NCBI GenBank assembly: GCA_001662655.1
Contig: KV460266.1
Reading direction: 5' to 3' (one strand)
Length of the DNA stretch: 52,788 nt
Source of the DNA: Pseudogymnoascus verrucosus
Taxonomy: Eukaryota
Shown here: positions 1 to 12,538 of the stretch, in pieces
How positions within the stretch are numbered: the first letter of the stretch is position 1
Layout of the letters: each line of letters begins with the position of its first letter
Program-made: the position numbers and the translations under genes
Notes under the pieces: model-generated
Databases searched by the model: none
What the model saw: the letters and a program-made list of their open reading frames with translations, nothing else
What the model was told of the DNA's origin: nothing

Positions 1-3000
1 GGCCAGAGAAAAGTGCAGTAGCATATATATTTGGAAACTGGGCTCACGCTGATAAATTGAACGCCCAAAATTTACTTGCGAGTCTGCTGAAGCAGCTTCT
101 TTCAGCGAAGGGTATCAAACTGCCAGAGACGTTAGAGGAGCTGCACTCCTCTAAAAACTATCCTACTTACTCCCAGCTATGTCGCCTGTTTCAATTGGAA
201 GCCGAAAGGTTCTCAAAGACTTTTATTGTTATCGATGCACTCAATGAACTTGACGAAGAGACTCAGGATAAGTTACTGAAGTTTCTCAGTGAGTTGCAAA
301 TCAGCTTTGCAATAAAGTTGATGGTAACGACTCGGGATCCGTATCGAATTTTGCAGTATATCACATCGGCCACGCAGCTTGATATTCGAGCAACTAGAGA
401 AGATCTTAACCTGTGGATGGACGAAAGTCTGAGGGCGTTACCACCTGGCTGTTTTGTTGCTAAGTCGCCGCTTGAAACCCACCAAAAAATTAAGGCCACA
501 CTAGCGCAGGCTGCCGACGGCATGTGAGTTCAATGACGCCTCTCGCGGGAAACTACAGACTGTATATGGAAGCTCATCACTTAAACAGGTTCCTTTTGGC
601 AAAACTCAGTATGAGTGCTATTTCGAAGGTTCCGAACCGCAAAAAGCTTAATCAGGCTTTAGAGTCTATAGCAAGCGGTGGCTATTCGTTGGATGATGGA
701 TACAATGATACCATGAAACGCCTAAAGGCTCAATCCAGCGGAATGCCGACCGATTCGATCATATTACTATCTTTCGTAACCCATGCTTCTAGAGAACTCA
801 CAGTCTCAGAGCTAGAGCACGCCCTGGCAATTGAAGTCGACGAGTCATCCTTTGACACAGACAATATTTCAGACTTGAGAGAAGCGATTGATTCATGTAG
901 TGGACTCCTTGAGATTGACCCCGAAGACCAAAAGGTCATGCTGGTCCACCGTAAGTTTATCTCTCTCTAGTCGCCTATGTTATATACTGACAATTATAAG
1001 ACACCGCCAAGGAGTACTTTGATCGTACGAAAGAAACTCATTTCCCTGACGCAAGCGCAATGATTACTGAGAGGTGTCTCGCATATCTTTCTGACGGCAA
1101 TCTAACGGGTCCATGTCAATCTTATGAAAGCTACAGTTTGAGAGTAGCGTCCTTCCCATTTTTAGAGTACGCCGCTCAAAACTGGGGATTTCATGCTTCC
1201 CAAGGAGAAGTTCAGAGGACTCTAAGTGCAAATATTTTGGCCTTCCTACGCAAGACATCTAATGTCGCGTGTTCTGCTCAGGCACTGCTTCAGTCTCCGG
1301 ACCACCGGTGGTATGTGCATGGATCAATTGAGCCGCAGATATCCCAGGGCATCTCAGGACTTCACATCTGTGCATGGTTTGGACTTCTCCTTACAGCAAC
1401 TCAACTCATCGAAGAGGAAGTAGATGTGAATATTGCCGACCATAATCAAAGGGGTCCCTTGTGGTATGCCGTTTACAACAGGAAGAAAGAAGCCGTCACG
1501 TTGTTGCTGAAAAATGGGGCAGAGATTTCAACTGACGGGCCTCTATTGCCAGTTTTTGAAGAATGTGTCAGAAGCAGCGACCCAGAAATTGTCAAGCTTT
1601 TGGGCGGCTTTCAGAACTACAACGCAGATTGCTGCAGCGATATGCTGAAGCTCGCGGCCCAGAATCCTCACTATGGAGCCGGCATGGCGGAGCTGGTGCT
1701 CGATTCATACCCCAACGTTCTAATGAAGGAAATATACGAAGAGTTCATACTATCGAGTGTGGCCAACCACTTGTGTGCGAAGTCCATCCTTAGCATGCTC
1801 ATCAATCGTGGATGGAAGATTCCTATCGATCTGAATATAATAAGAGTCCTGTCAAATGACATCTCATCCGGTGCAGATATTCTTAAATGTTTATTAGCTC
1901 AGGGTGGTATTAAGCTCGATGCTTCTATTTTTGAGGCTGCAGCTAGTGGGATGTCAAGCGATGTTATGGGAGAACTCCTGGATTATCAGCCAGGATTTAA
2001 ATTCGGCGTGGATATTCTCCCACTCACGGCGGAAGTCAATGAGGAGATGTTCCTCGCAGTTCTCAAACGCCACCCACATTTCGAAGTTACGCAGCAAATG
2101 TTGGACAGGCTAGTTCGAAATACTACTCTAAGATCAGCAGCGATGGAAGCGCTTTTCGAACACGCCCCACAAGGGAGCCTAAAAATCGACGACCGCATCA
2201 TAATATCCTCTATTAGGGCCACATACTGCGGTTCTCCTCTCATGCAGTGGCTTCTTACTCGCTATGTGGACTCTCAACAAGGAGGAATTCCGGAGAAAAT
2301 ATTAGTGGCTGCAGTGGAATGCGATGATACTATAAGAATGCTGAGCATTATTAAGTCATTCGAGCCCAATTTCAGGGTAACATCCAGGGTTATTCTAGCT
2401 GCCATAACATTTCGCGTTACGTCTACACCCCCAAAAATCGACGTAGTCGAGTGGTTATTGCAACATGATCCGCATTACGAAATCGATGAAGATCTATTGA
2501 CGGAGGCTCTAAAGACGGTCAGCTACGACGGGATTCGCATGCTACTATTGCATAAGACGCCACGGCCAACGCTCCCCATGTTTTCAGCCTGCAGGGATTT
2601 ACCTACCTTGGAATTGCTGGTAACGCAGGAAGAGTGTATTTCCGATCCAGATATTGTCGACGTCATAACAGAAACGGCACTCCGACTGGGGAGTGACGAA
2701 GAATCCATTCGCAGAGTATTGGGTCGTATTCCAAAGCAGCACATGCGGATTACTCCCGCTACATTAAAATCTGCGGCTGCAAACACATCTACCATTGGCG
2801 CTGTGCAGTGGGTTTTGGACCATGATCCCACATTAGAGGTTACCCCTTCTGTCTTCGAAGTTGCAGCACATGGCTGCGGCAGTCTCAAAAAGATGGAACT
2901 CTTAGCATTGAGGAGCCCAGGAGTTAAAATGACGGAAGAGGTACTACTAACAGTTTGTGATTATGGAGATATAAAGGCGCTGCAATGGGTGCTCGATCGA

Positions 3001-3939
3001 ACTGAAGATATTACACAAATTACGTCTCGAGTCCTGGCAGTCGCGGCCGGCGGTCGGTCTTGCAAGAAAGATAACGTTGGCTATATGAAGCTGTTAACTG
3101 CCCGTAATCCTTCTGTTGCGGTCACTGAAGAAGTCATGATCCGCGCATGCCGGGTTGCAAAGTGGAGGAATACACACTCCCTAGTATGGCTATTGGCTGA
3201 ATATCCTCATCAGCAGCTACTCTCGGAAGCTCCAATGGCCCATCTTTTTCGAGAAGGCCAATCTCCTCCAGTTGTGGAAATAGTCAAGCAGTACTTACCC
3301 GAACTAAGCATCACATCGGCGTTGTTGGCCACAGCTGCTAACAATCCATTTTCGGAAAAGCCTCTTGAGCTTCTATTATCTTTCGACGTTAAAGAACTCT
3401 TTTCTGAATCCCTTCTTATCCTTGTGGTGGAGTCAAAGAAAGCTGCAGCGAAATTAAATGTCCTCTTCAGGCTGCATCCAGAAGTTGTCGGGGTAAACGA
3501 TGCTGTGCTCTGTGCTGCTTCTGAGAGCCGCCATGGGCCAGGTGCCCTGCAATGGCTGATCGGGTTCTTGGAACCTAGAGAACCAAATCAACCGCCCATC
3601 TCAGCTCAGGAAGCGATAATATGGTATCTTAATCGAGATCCACCTCCTTTGATTACCCAGGAAATGATTGTGGCATCAGCACGAGAGCCATGGGACACAG
3701 AGGTGTTGGCCCTGCTTCTTAGGCGTAACCCCACATTTACCATCTCCAAAGAGATGGCCGAGGCAGTTTGCAGCAACTGGCGATTTGGAGAACACCAGTT
3801 CAGGGTCCTGCTCAACCATAACAAGCACATCCGAGTCTCGGATGAGGCTCAATCTGTGGTCTTCAAATCTAGGACCAAGGAAGCAACCATGATCTATAAG
3901 CTTCTAATGGAGCATAACGACGACATTGATTTTCGGTAA
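1..3939 (+). CDS. NACHT/STAND NLR-like protein, 5'-truncated by the window edge: NACHT C-terminal half, winged-helix region, ankyrin repeats, then a long array of degenerate helical repeats
   Basis: Walker B 'TFIVIDALNE' and 'LMVTTR'. Splicing introns 524-588 (GTGAGT..CAG) and 951-1000 (GTAAGT..CTGAC..AAG) joins three ORFs and restores the typical motifs 'ADGMFLLAKL' and 'LVHHTAKEYF'. Also 'FLEYAAQNWGFH' and ankyrin-like 'GLHICAWFGL' and 'PLWYAVYN'. Repeats of the type 'IT.EVL.AAA' run to the stop at 3939. Confidence 0.85.
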
Positions 3940-4299
3940 GCCTGCAGGCTTACTGATAAATCGATAATAACAATGTTGAACACGATGGCACTACGAAGTG
4001 CTCGTTTCACAGAGTATGCCAGCGACATGGCTCTTCATCATCTCTATCCCAGCCAATTCACTTTGGAAATCTGGAGATAAAACGAAATAAACCCTTACGA
4101 TCTGATAATGATATATGACACGACATGACATGACAAACATTTACTGCTATTTATTCTCAATTTGTTCTCGATGTTTTCACAGCGATTAGTGTCACTGCTT
4201 GCAACTGTTTTATGCCTTTATAGAGAGTTTTTTTTGACAGATCAAGCTATGAACTAGACTAGAGAAATTGATGGACGAATGCTTCATGGGTTTATTGGG

Positions 4300-4774
4300 C
4301 AGTGTTCGGCACGGATACCAATATACCCTTGGTATCCGGGTATATACCCGAGTATATACCCTACCCGTCGATATTCTAGAGTATCCGGTGTATCCGGGTA
4401 TATACCCGGGTATATGCCAAGAGTAGCCAAGCATCGCTAAGGCTTCATTTTACAGACGTCGTCTCGACGATATGCTTAAACTATTGCCTTATAAGCATAC
4501 TAATATCCTTAATATCTAATTATTACCTATTACTTAGGCTATTTAGTAGTTCTAGTAACCTCTATAGTCTTAAAATGAGTATTTAGTAATAGTAGTAATA
4601 TTATTATAAAAAGTATAATAAGTTATTACTACTAAAAGCTTCATTTTTATATGCTTTTATTCAGCCTCATGTATCCGGGTATATACCCTACTCTACCCGT
4701 CAGATCTTCGCCGGGTATATACCCTACCCGTGAGCTTCACGGATACTACCCGGATACATATCCGCCGAACACTG
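4300..4774. mobile_element. Non-autonomous hAT-superfamily DNA transposon (MITE), 475 bp
   Basis: Perfect 11-bp TIR: CAGTGTTCGGC (4300-4310) and GCCGAACACTG (4764-4774). Identical 8-bp TSD TTATTGGG at 4292-4299 and 4775-4782. Subterminal GGGTATATACCC palindromes at both ends. AT-rich interior with no transposase ORF. Confidence 0.9.
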
Positions 4775-5262
4775 TTATTGGGTGAAAGTGACCACAGCAC
4801 TCATTTATGGTGGCGGTTGGATATTGGAGCCTTGGTACCTACCATAGTTAAAAAATGAACAAGATACCCATCCTACAAATATTTCAGCAAATGCACTAGT
4901 ACACCGGAAGTTATTAGACGCATTGTTGACCTATTTCATTCAAGAGGCAACCTAATAGTACAGTATATCCAAGCCTGATGGCAAGTAATCCCCCCACCAC
5001 TTATAAAAACACCTCCACACCCCCCATAAACAGCTAGCCTCCATGTTCGCACCTCTATGCAGCACGTATCAATAAGTAAGACAAACAAAAGAAAAAATTC
5101 CCAGCCACGTTAGGCCGCCTTGAAACAGCGATATGGCGCGGGTGCGCCACCGCCAATGATCCGCTTGTATGCTTTCACTCCACCAGCCCGCCTCCCCCCT
5201 ATTCTATACAACTCATAAGGAAACTCGTCAAAATCGTCCTAATCCGCAGTCCCTCACTCCGG

Positions 5263-6970
5263 TTATGCGTCCTTGTTTGCAGGCTTCTCCGCCTCCTTGG
5301 CCGACGATTCTTTTTCGGCAGCCTTGACAGACGCTTCCTTCTCCTTAGCCAGCGTCGCGGCCTCAGCAGCCTTCTTCTTGCCTTGCGCGTGCTTATCCAT
5401 CTTCTCACTCATATACCTATACGTCCTCGCGAACCCCCCCGTCGCGATCCCCTTCAGACTCTGCACCGTGCTCGGCCATCCAATCGTCTTCTTAATAACG
5501 CCTCTCACCTCGTTCCTCAGCTCCTCCGCCGGCTCCTGTGCGATCCGGCGCTCAAATCCACCGCCGAGTCGGCGCTTGAAGCCGACGGCGTCTTCGTCGG
5601 TAGATTCTTCCATCATCTTGTTGAACTCGAGCTGGGGGATCTGGAATTTCTTCTGGAACTGGAAGTAGAGCTTTGAGCGGAAGGCTTTGGGGAGGCGGCG
5701 CACCATGTTGCCGCGCTTTATGGGGTCCATGTCTTGCTCTAGGCGGGCGTTGGTGTTCGGGTCAGAGGCCCAGCCGGGTCGCGAGCAGATTGGGTCGTTA
5801 AAGTCTACGTTCGGGAGATTCTCGATCAGGGGCGCGTATAGGCGGCGGAAGTTGGGCAGGTTGTTGCCTACGATGTTCGCGACCTTGCTTGGATCCTCGG
5901 TGGGCAGGGCCATCCTCGGATCTCCCATGTAGCTGATCCCGGCGATCGTTGCGTACAGCTCCATCTCAGTGAAAGAGGGTGGGAGGAGTAGGAGCGAGGT
6001 TCGCAACGCGGAAAGCAGGTTGATCTGGTTGGCGAGGCGGACTCGCGGGTCATCCCGCAAGATCTTCACGGGTTTGTGGAGGCGGCCTGCGATGTAGAGG
6101 GTGGACCATTCGGAGAGATCGGTGCATAGCGTGTCCAGGTTGACAACGCCGTACTTGATGAGCATGCCATTGACATTGACATAAGGGTTGAAATAAACAC
6201 CAGCACCGAACTTGTCCTGCACAGAACTGACAGCCCCCGAACCTAAAGAGCCAAGTCCAGAATAGTGGTCGCGGTGCTGGTTAAGGTTCAGGGAGTGCCA
6301 ATGTTCCGTGTATGAAACACCGAATATGAAATCAATCATTTTCGGTTGGCCATCTTGAGCTTTGGCTATCGCGGGAGGTGCATTTGGATGTATGGATGTA
6401 CGGCTCGAAGGTGTTGACGATGGCGTTGAAGGTTTCGATTGTGGGAACACCCCGGATCCATAAGCAAACGCATATCGAATTGGAGCTCTGAACTGCCACA
6501 AAACCTGGCGCAACGCCTCTTTAACCTCATCATTGATCAGCATGTGCTGGTTGACGCCGAAGTTCGTGTGTGGGAGCTGCGAGAAGTTCGATATGCTGAA
6601 ATCCGGATTATCTTCCCAATCCACCTTGGTGCCCTCAGGAGTCGAGGACTTCGAGCCTGTAGTTGTTTGAGAGCTTTGACCGGTCGAGCTTGGCCTTGAT
6701 GTCTCTGATGATGCAGATTTCGGGGAAGCTTCACTCCCTGTTGGGTCCCGGCCAGATTCTCCAAAGCTTCGTGATGACGAGAAGCTCCGTATGGCGGTCT
6801 GGTGGCGGTAGAGAGCTTCATAGCGACGATTCGAGGCAAATGCAGACGTCTGCATCCGCCGGACCACCCCATAATGCCCAATCGACTAAACAGAGTCAGC
6901 CTTCGTTCAACAATTGCTCGGAATTGGCTTTCTGGGTCGGACAACTCACCCGGAGCTTCGGTAGCGACAT
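5263..6970 (-). CDS. TAM41: Mitochondrial phosphatidate cytidylyltransferase Tam41/Mmp37
   Basis: Motifs 'IRYAFAYGSGVFPQ', 'MIDFIFGV', 'GAGVYFNPYV', 'LYIAGRLHKPV' and 'ISYMGDPRM'. Short exon 1 (6970-6950, MSLPKLR) and intron 6886-6949 give an Arg/Ser-rich presequence-like N-terminus. Confidence 0.93.
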
Positions 6971-7527
6971 GGTCACGGAGGTAAACTTGGAGGGCGCAGG
7001 TGGGAGTAGAGGATGGTTGGCAGCGGTGCCGCAGTTTCAATTCACCTCCGTTGACTGTCCATTTACTGAGACCGTGAACTTTGCATTCTGACGTCAATTC
7101 GAGGGGTCTTGGAAGTGGAGTTCTGTTTTCCGTGATGCTCTGACGGATTACTTTATGGATAAGGAACTGCTTACATAAGCGATGTCGGCATGCTGTTTGC
7201 GAACGCGTTTTTTTTTGTCTTAGGCGGTCAAGGAAAGGCGTGGAGCAATCACGAAGCTGCGAATGAGAGAGAAATTTACAAGAAAGGCATTGATCTATTT
7301 ACAAAAATTAAGACACGCTTCAATTAAGTATTTATTTACTATATTGGAGACTGTGAATTTTTGTTACAGTCCCACTATATTGTTCCAGAGCCTCGGCCCG
7401 GGTACGCTGACCATGATGCCTCGTGCCCCTATATCCAAATAGGAGCCAGAAATCCATCTTCTAACTTTCCTCATCCCTCTATATACCAAAAAACAACGTT
7501 TTCGTGCAGCGTCCCCATCTCCCCACT

Positions 7528-8921
7528 CTACTCCTCCTTATATACCAACCTAACCACCATCTCCGCAATCGCCAAACTGCTCGTCAACCCGGGACTCTCA
7601 ATCCCCAGCAGATTCACAAACCCCTCACACCCCTCCTCCCTCCTCACCACAAAATCCTGAAACCCCTCTTCCTTCCCCCCCAACTTCGCCCTCATCCCCG
7701 CATAATCCCCTCCCAGCCTCCCCTCCTCAATCCCCGGCACAAACTCCCTTATCGCCTTCACCGCCCCCGGTTTCCTGCCCTCATCAACATCCAAATCATC
7801 CGCCGAGTCCACCCACTCCACATCCGGTCCAAAACGCGCTTGTCCCGCCATATCGAGCGTAAGATGTGTTCCCAGCCCTGCGAGATCGGGTTCCGGCGCG
7901 GGATAAATCAATCTACTCGCCGGCGCCTTGCCCGAATACGAGAAATAGCTCCCCTTAGCATAGTACGCCTTCCTATGCCTCTCCACAGGAAGGACCATAT
8001 TATTAACCTCACACGCTCCCAGACCAGCCGCATTAACAAGCGTAGCAGCAGTAATCGTAGATTCCTCCCCCGTCGCGGCGTCGAGGGTGGTGAGTTCCCA
8101 TCCCGCGCCGTCAGGGAGGGCGCGCACGGAGGTGAGAGAGGTGTTTAGTGCTATATCCCCGCCGGCGGAGGAGAGGGCGCCGAGGAGGGCCTGGGTGTAG
8201 GTGTGTGAGTCTATGATGCCTGTGGTGGGGGACTCGAGGATGCCGGTGCGGGCGCGGATGAGGGGTTCGAGGGTGTGGGCGCGGGGGAGGGGGATGAAGG
8301 ATGTGGGGACGTTGAGGTCGTTTGAGAGGGCGTGGATTTGTTGGAGTTTCTGGGAGGGGGGTTAGTGGGTGTGTAGGAGAGGAAGAGGGGGGGCGTACTT
8401 CTAATTGCTGCGACGTCTGGGCTACTATCCACTTCCCGCACTTCTTGTGTGGGATGTTCCAGCGCTCGCAGAGGTCGTATAGGCGCTCCCGTCCCTCGAT
8501 GCAGAGCTTCGTCTTCAAACTATCCTTTCCATAGTATAAACCCGCGTGTATGACCTACTCCAAATCAGCATTCATCCTCCATCATCGCCCTCCTAACCAC
8601 CCATCACACTCCTCTCTGCAAGGAAACTCACCTCCGAGTTCCGACTACTGCTTTCCCTCCCCACATCCTCATGCCGCTCAATCACCAAGGTTTCCCCTCC
8701 GGCCCGCTCCGCTAGCCTCCTCGCAACAGCAAGGCCCACGACACCACCCCCAACAACCTAGATAACGTATCAGCCCTATATCCTATTCCACTTCCTCTAC
8801 GTCAGCCGCCCAATGCCCCCAGTCGGAGCTTACAGGCAGCGAGGCTACTCACCGCATGCGTGAAATCCAGCCCCCGCGACGCGGCAGCGACGCTAGTTCG
8901 CAGTGAAGGCGTGAGCTTCAT
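7528..8921 (-). CDS. L-2-hydroxyglutarate dehydrogenase-like FAD-dependent oxidoreductase (DAO family)
   Basis: Introns 8758-8852, 8555-8631 and 8350-8398. Spliced product reads '[41 protein letters not shown]', '[18 protein letters not shown]' and '[18 protein letters not shown]'. Confidence 0.88.
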
Positions 8922-9386
8922 GGCGCTACGATGGTGGACAAGTCAGATAGTTACGTTGGGGGTTTCAATCGCTGATATTGGAGCTCCAGGAACTGGAGTC
9001 GGGATGGACCCCGCGGTACGCAAGGCTGTGGACCGCGAGGGCCGATGTAGCGCGAGGCTGAGGGTCTACGCCTCCCCCCATCCCAGGATATGAGAACCAC
9101 CACAGCGGTACTGGAGCAAAATACATGTATATCAGGTTCAAAAACGGAGAGATGGGGTAGGGTTTTCCATAATAATAATTAATAATAATACTGTATTCCC
9201 AAGGCAAAGTAGCGAGTGCGCCCAACCCTACAATTACACTCCCCAGTCCCAGGCAGTATCCGTCCTACAAACTCAAGACCAAACGCCAGCAGTATCCCCA
9301 ACTAATGTTCCTACAAGCACAAAAACCCAAGCAAGACTCCACTTCCCAACCCGACAGTGTCAAATTTGAAATCGAAAGCACCCCGC

Positions 9387-10680
9387 TCACTCGGTCTTCT
9401 CGCCCGCGTGCTGAGGTCGCGGGGTAACATCCGCCTCGCTCCGCTCAACCAGCAGATTGGACGGCAAGCTGGGCTGGCGTGTCAGTTCCGAGTGGGCGCA
9501 GGTCTCGGCTACCTGTCTCTCTGCGTTTGGTTAGCCCTCGTCCACAGCTCCCGAAAACACACAAAGACAGAACAAGAAGAGAAACTCACCCAACTCTCGA
9601 ATCCTCAACCTAAGCATCTGATTCTCCCTAACAAGCATCTGCGTCTCCGCCTGATAAAACGCACTCTCATCCCTCCCCAGCCCCTCCTCCCCCAATCCCG
9701 CCGTCGACCCCAGTCTCGGACTCGCATGCCGACTCGGCGTCCTCGATCGCTCCCTCCTCTGCAGATCCGCGCGCGCGAGATCAAACGAGCTGCGCGGGTG
9801 CTGGCCTACGCCCGCGCTGAACGAAGCACTGGGGGAGCGCGGGATGGGCAGAGGGGTTGCCAAGGCGGAGGAGGCGGTGGTGCCGGTTGTGGAGAGGGGT
9901 TCGGAGGGGATGGAGTCGTCGATTGCGGAGGTGGTGGGGGAGAGGCCGGAGGCGGCGCGGAGGGATTGGAGTTGGTGTTGTTGGACGCGGATCATTTGGA
10001 GGAGGCGGTTCTGTGGGTTGTCATGTTAGCTTTCATTCCTCCTTCTACCCTTCTTTCATTTCCCCAAACTCAACCCACCACTCCGCTATCATAAAATCAA
10101 AGAAGATAGAAAGGGATACTCACAACCTGCGCCTCCTGCTCTTGCTCCAACTCCTGATGAATCTCCCCCAAACTCGGATTCCTCAAATGATGCGGATCTC
10201 CCACACCAACCCCCCCCGCAGCCCCAAGCCTCGGCGACGCCTCCAACCCCGTCTGCGCGTGCGGTTCGTGCACCATCTCGCCAGGCGCCGGCACGCTCGG
10301 GTTGTTGTGCGCGAGGTTCATGAGGACTGTGGAGCGGCGGCGGCTGGTGTGGCGGTGCGAGGAGATGGAGGAGCCTGTGGTGTTTTTGTCAGCTTCTATT
10401 TCTCTATCTCTACTCGAGTTTTCTCGACCCGGGAAGGAAGGGGAAATGGGAGGGGGGGCAAAAACGTACGTCGGGAGTCCTCCTGTGCTAACCCGGCGTT
10501 CACGGCCGCTGTAGCCTGCAACGACGTCGTGGCCGCAGACCCCGATCCTGCGCGAGGCGAGGGAGGGTTGTCTTGCAAGGGAGATATGCTGATTGATGGC
10601 GATCTCGAGATCGTGGGTGCGGGCGTGGTGTCTGAGTTCGACTCCGCGGGTGGCGGGGAGGTGCGGCCTGGTGGTGCCAT
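9387..10680 (-). CDS. Conserved ascomycete Ser/Pro-rich protein with coiled-coil segments, function unknown
   Basis: Four exons with introns at about 10376-10470, 10012-10122 and 9521-9589. Conserved-looking blocks 'PSLGEIHQELEQEQEAQVNRLLQMIR' and 'RDESAFYQAETQMLVRENQMLRLRIRELE'. Stop TGA at 9389-9387. Confidence 0.75.
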
Positions 10681-12076
10681 TGTGTCGGCTGTTGTAGTAG
10701 GTTGGTAGGTAGGTAGGTATGTGTGATCTTGCGTTCTTGCTTGATGATCGTAGAAATATCGGTACTATCGTTGAAAAGAGGTATGTGAGTTTATTGATCA
10801 GTCCCTCGATAGCTCTTCCTCGATCAACCCAAGCTGTCGAGCGCGAAGAGTCCAGGTCTCGTATTTATGGTGCTCTCGTCTCCGATGATTCCGAGCTTGA
10901 AAGAGAGCGATACAAGTGAAATTTACAAAGTAAAATAAGGTTCAAGAATGTCCCGGTCGTGCAGAGTGAATGAATAGCTTCTTTATCCTTTGTTCTGTCC
11001 TTGCCTTCGTAGTAGTGATGCGTGGGCTGTTTCCGTGTCGGACAGCGGGGCGTCACCTGCGTCAGATCCGTAGGACCCCGCGATCGGAAAAACATTATTC
11101 CAGCTCAGCTTTGCCGTTGGTCCATCCATCCATCCATCCCCCTACTAGTGCCAAGCGCCACTGCCAATCTCCAACAACGGGCGGTAAATAAAAACCTTAG
11201 CCGTTCCCGTCACCAATTCGGCAAACTCTATAACTATCACCGAGAGTGCCCATATAAGTTACCCATCTCCAGCCCGGCGGCGAGACCGGTTCCAATTGTG
11301 CCTAGCAAGGGCAAGTCTACGCGTGGGAAAGCAGACTAGGAGTTAGACTTTTTTATTAGTCTCTTATGTGTGAGGTCACACGTGTCAGCATAATTTACGA
11401 TAACTCTTTGTCTTGGTATCCCAGGGATGATCCACAAGCCCCTAACGTCCCCGTTTTAAAAAGGCCGTCTCCACTCCACACCCAAAGCTGAAGGCGCGCA
11501 CACACGCCCAACATATATATCACCTTCTTCTTCCATCCAACACCAACTCCCATTTCCCCAACACCTCCTCCCCTAACAACTTTCAGCCGTACGTATTCAC
11601 GTAAAAACAACACTACGCCTAGACCACCCTCATCTTCAAACCTCCCCCCTTGTCCACCCTACCCATCTTGGCACGAGCCGAGCCGGGCCAGCCGTGCCGT
11701 GCTAGTCCACTTATACAGCATTTCCCAATCCACAGCTAAGAAGTCCAAGAGTTATAGTTAGACAGTTTAGACACCATACGCGCGTACATTTCTGTACCCT
11801 ATAAGGGGGGGGGGATCTTTATATAGACGGTAAGGATAAAGAGATACCTCACAAAAGCCCAGCTCCACTTCACTTCACCCCCTTAGCACATAAATCGCCC
11901 TACCGCCCCCCCTACCCCAACGTCACTTTGGACTTTCATCCCTTCTCGCGTAGGATTTGTACTACCCGACCTTCAACTTTACCTTCCAGTCCTTTCCTCT
12001 CTACCACTCACTCCTACTCATACTCAATCCACCAAACCAACACAAACCAAACCTCATCAACCAACCCACCACCGCG

Positions 12077-12538
12077 ATGGCAGATCAATACCAACAACAG
12101 CCCTACGGCCCCCCTCAACCCGGCTACGGCGGACCCCAGCAATACGGCCCCCCCCAGCCCGGCTATGGCGGTCCACCGCAGGGAGGGTATTATCCCCAGG
12201 CGCCTCCTCAGCAGGTATGTTTACCTCTCTCGTTGCCTTCTCCATTGCCCATCTCTCCCCTACGGCCCCTCACTGGCAGAAGGGGAAGAGCAGAAACAAG
12301 ATGCGGTGGCTAACCAGGGTGAATAGATGCAATACCAACAAGCCCCTCCCCCCGAGGAGAAGAAGGACCACGGCTGCCTTTACGGATGGTGAGTTCTGCC
12401 CCCTACATATCTTCCGCCCAATATATATACCAGGAGATTGGCTAACAACTATCCTACAGTATCGCAACTATGTGCTGCTGCTGGCTCTGCGGCGAGACCT
12501 GCGAGTGCTGTCTCGAGTGCCTGACGTGCTGTTTCTAA
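12077..12538 (+). CDS. Small CYSTM-like (cysteine-rich transmembrane module) tail-anchored protein
   Basis: Exons 12077-12214, 12327-12388 and 12460-12538 with canonical splice sites. P/Q/G/Y-rich N-terminus and C-terminus '[35 protein letters not shown]'. Confidence 0.88.

Noticed and set aside
9357..10708. 245-aa and 283-aa + strand ORFs
   Set aside because: Antisense shadows of the spliced minus-strand gene, which has clear splice signals and conserved blocks.
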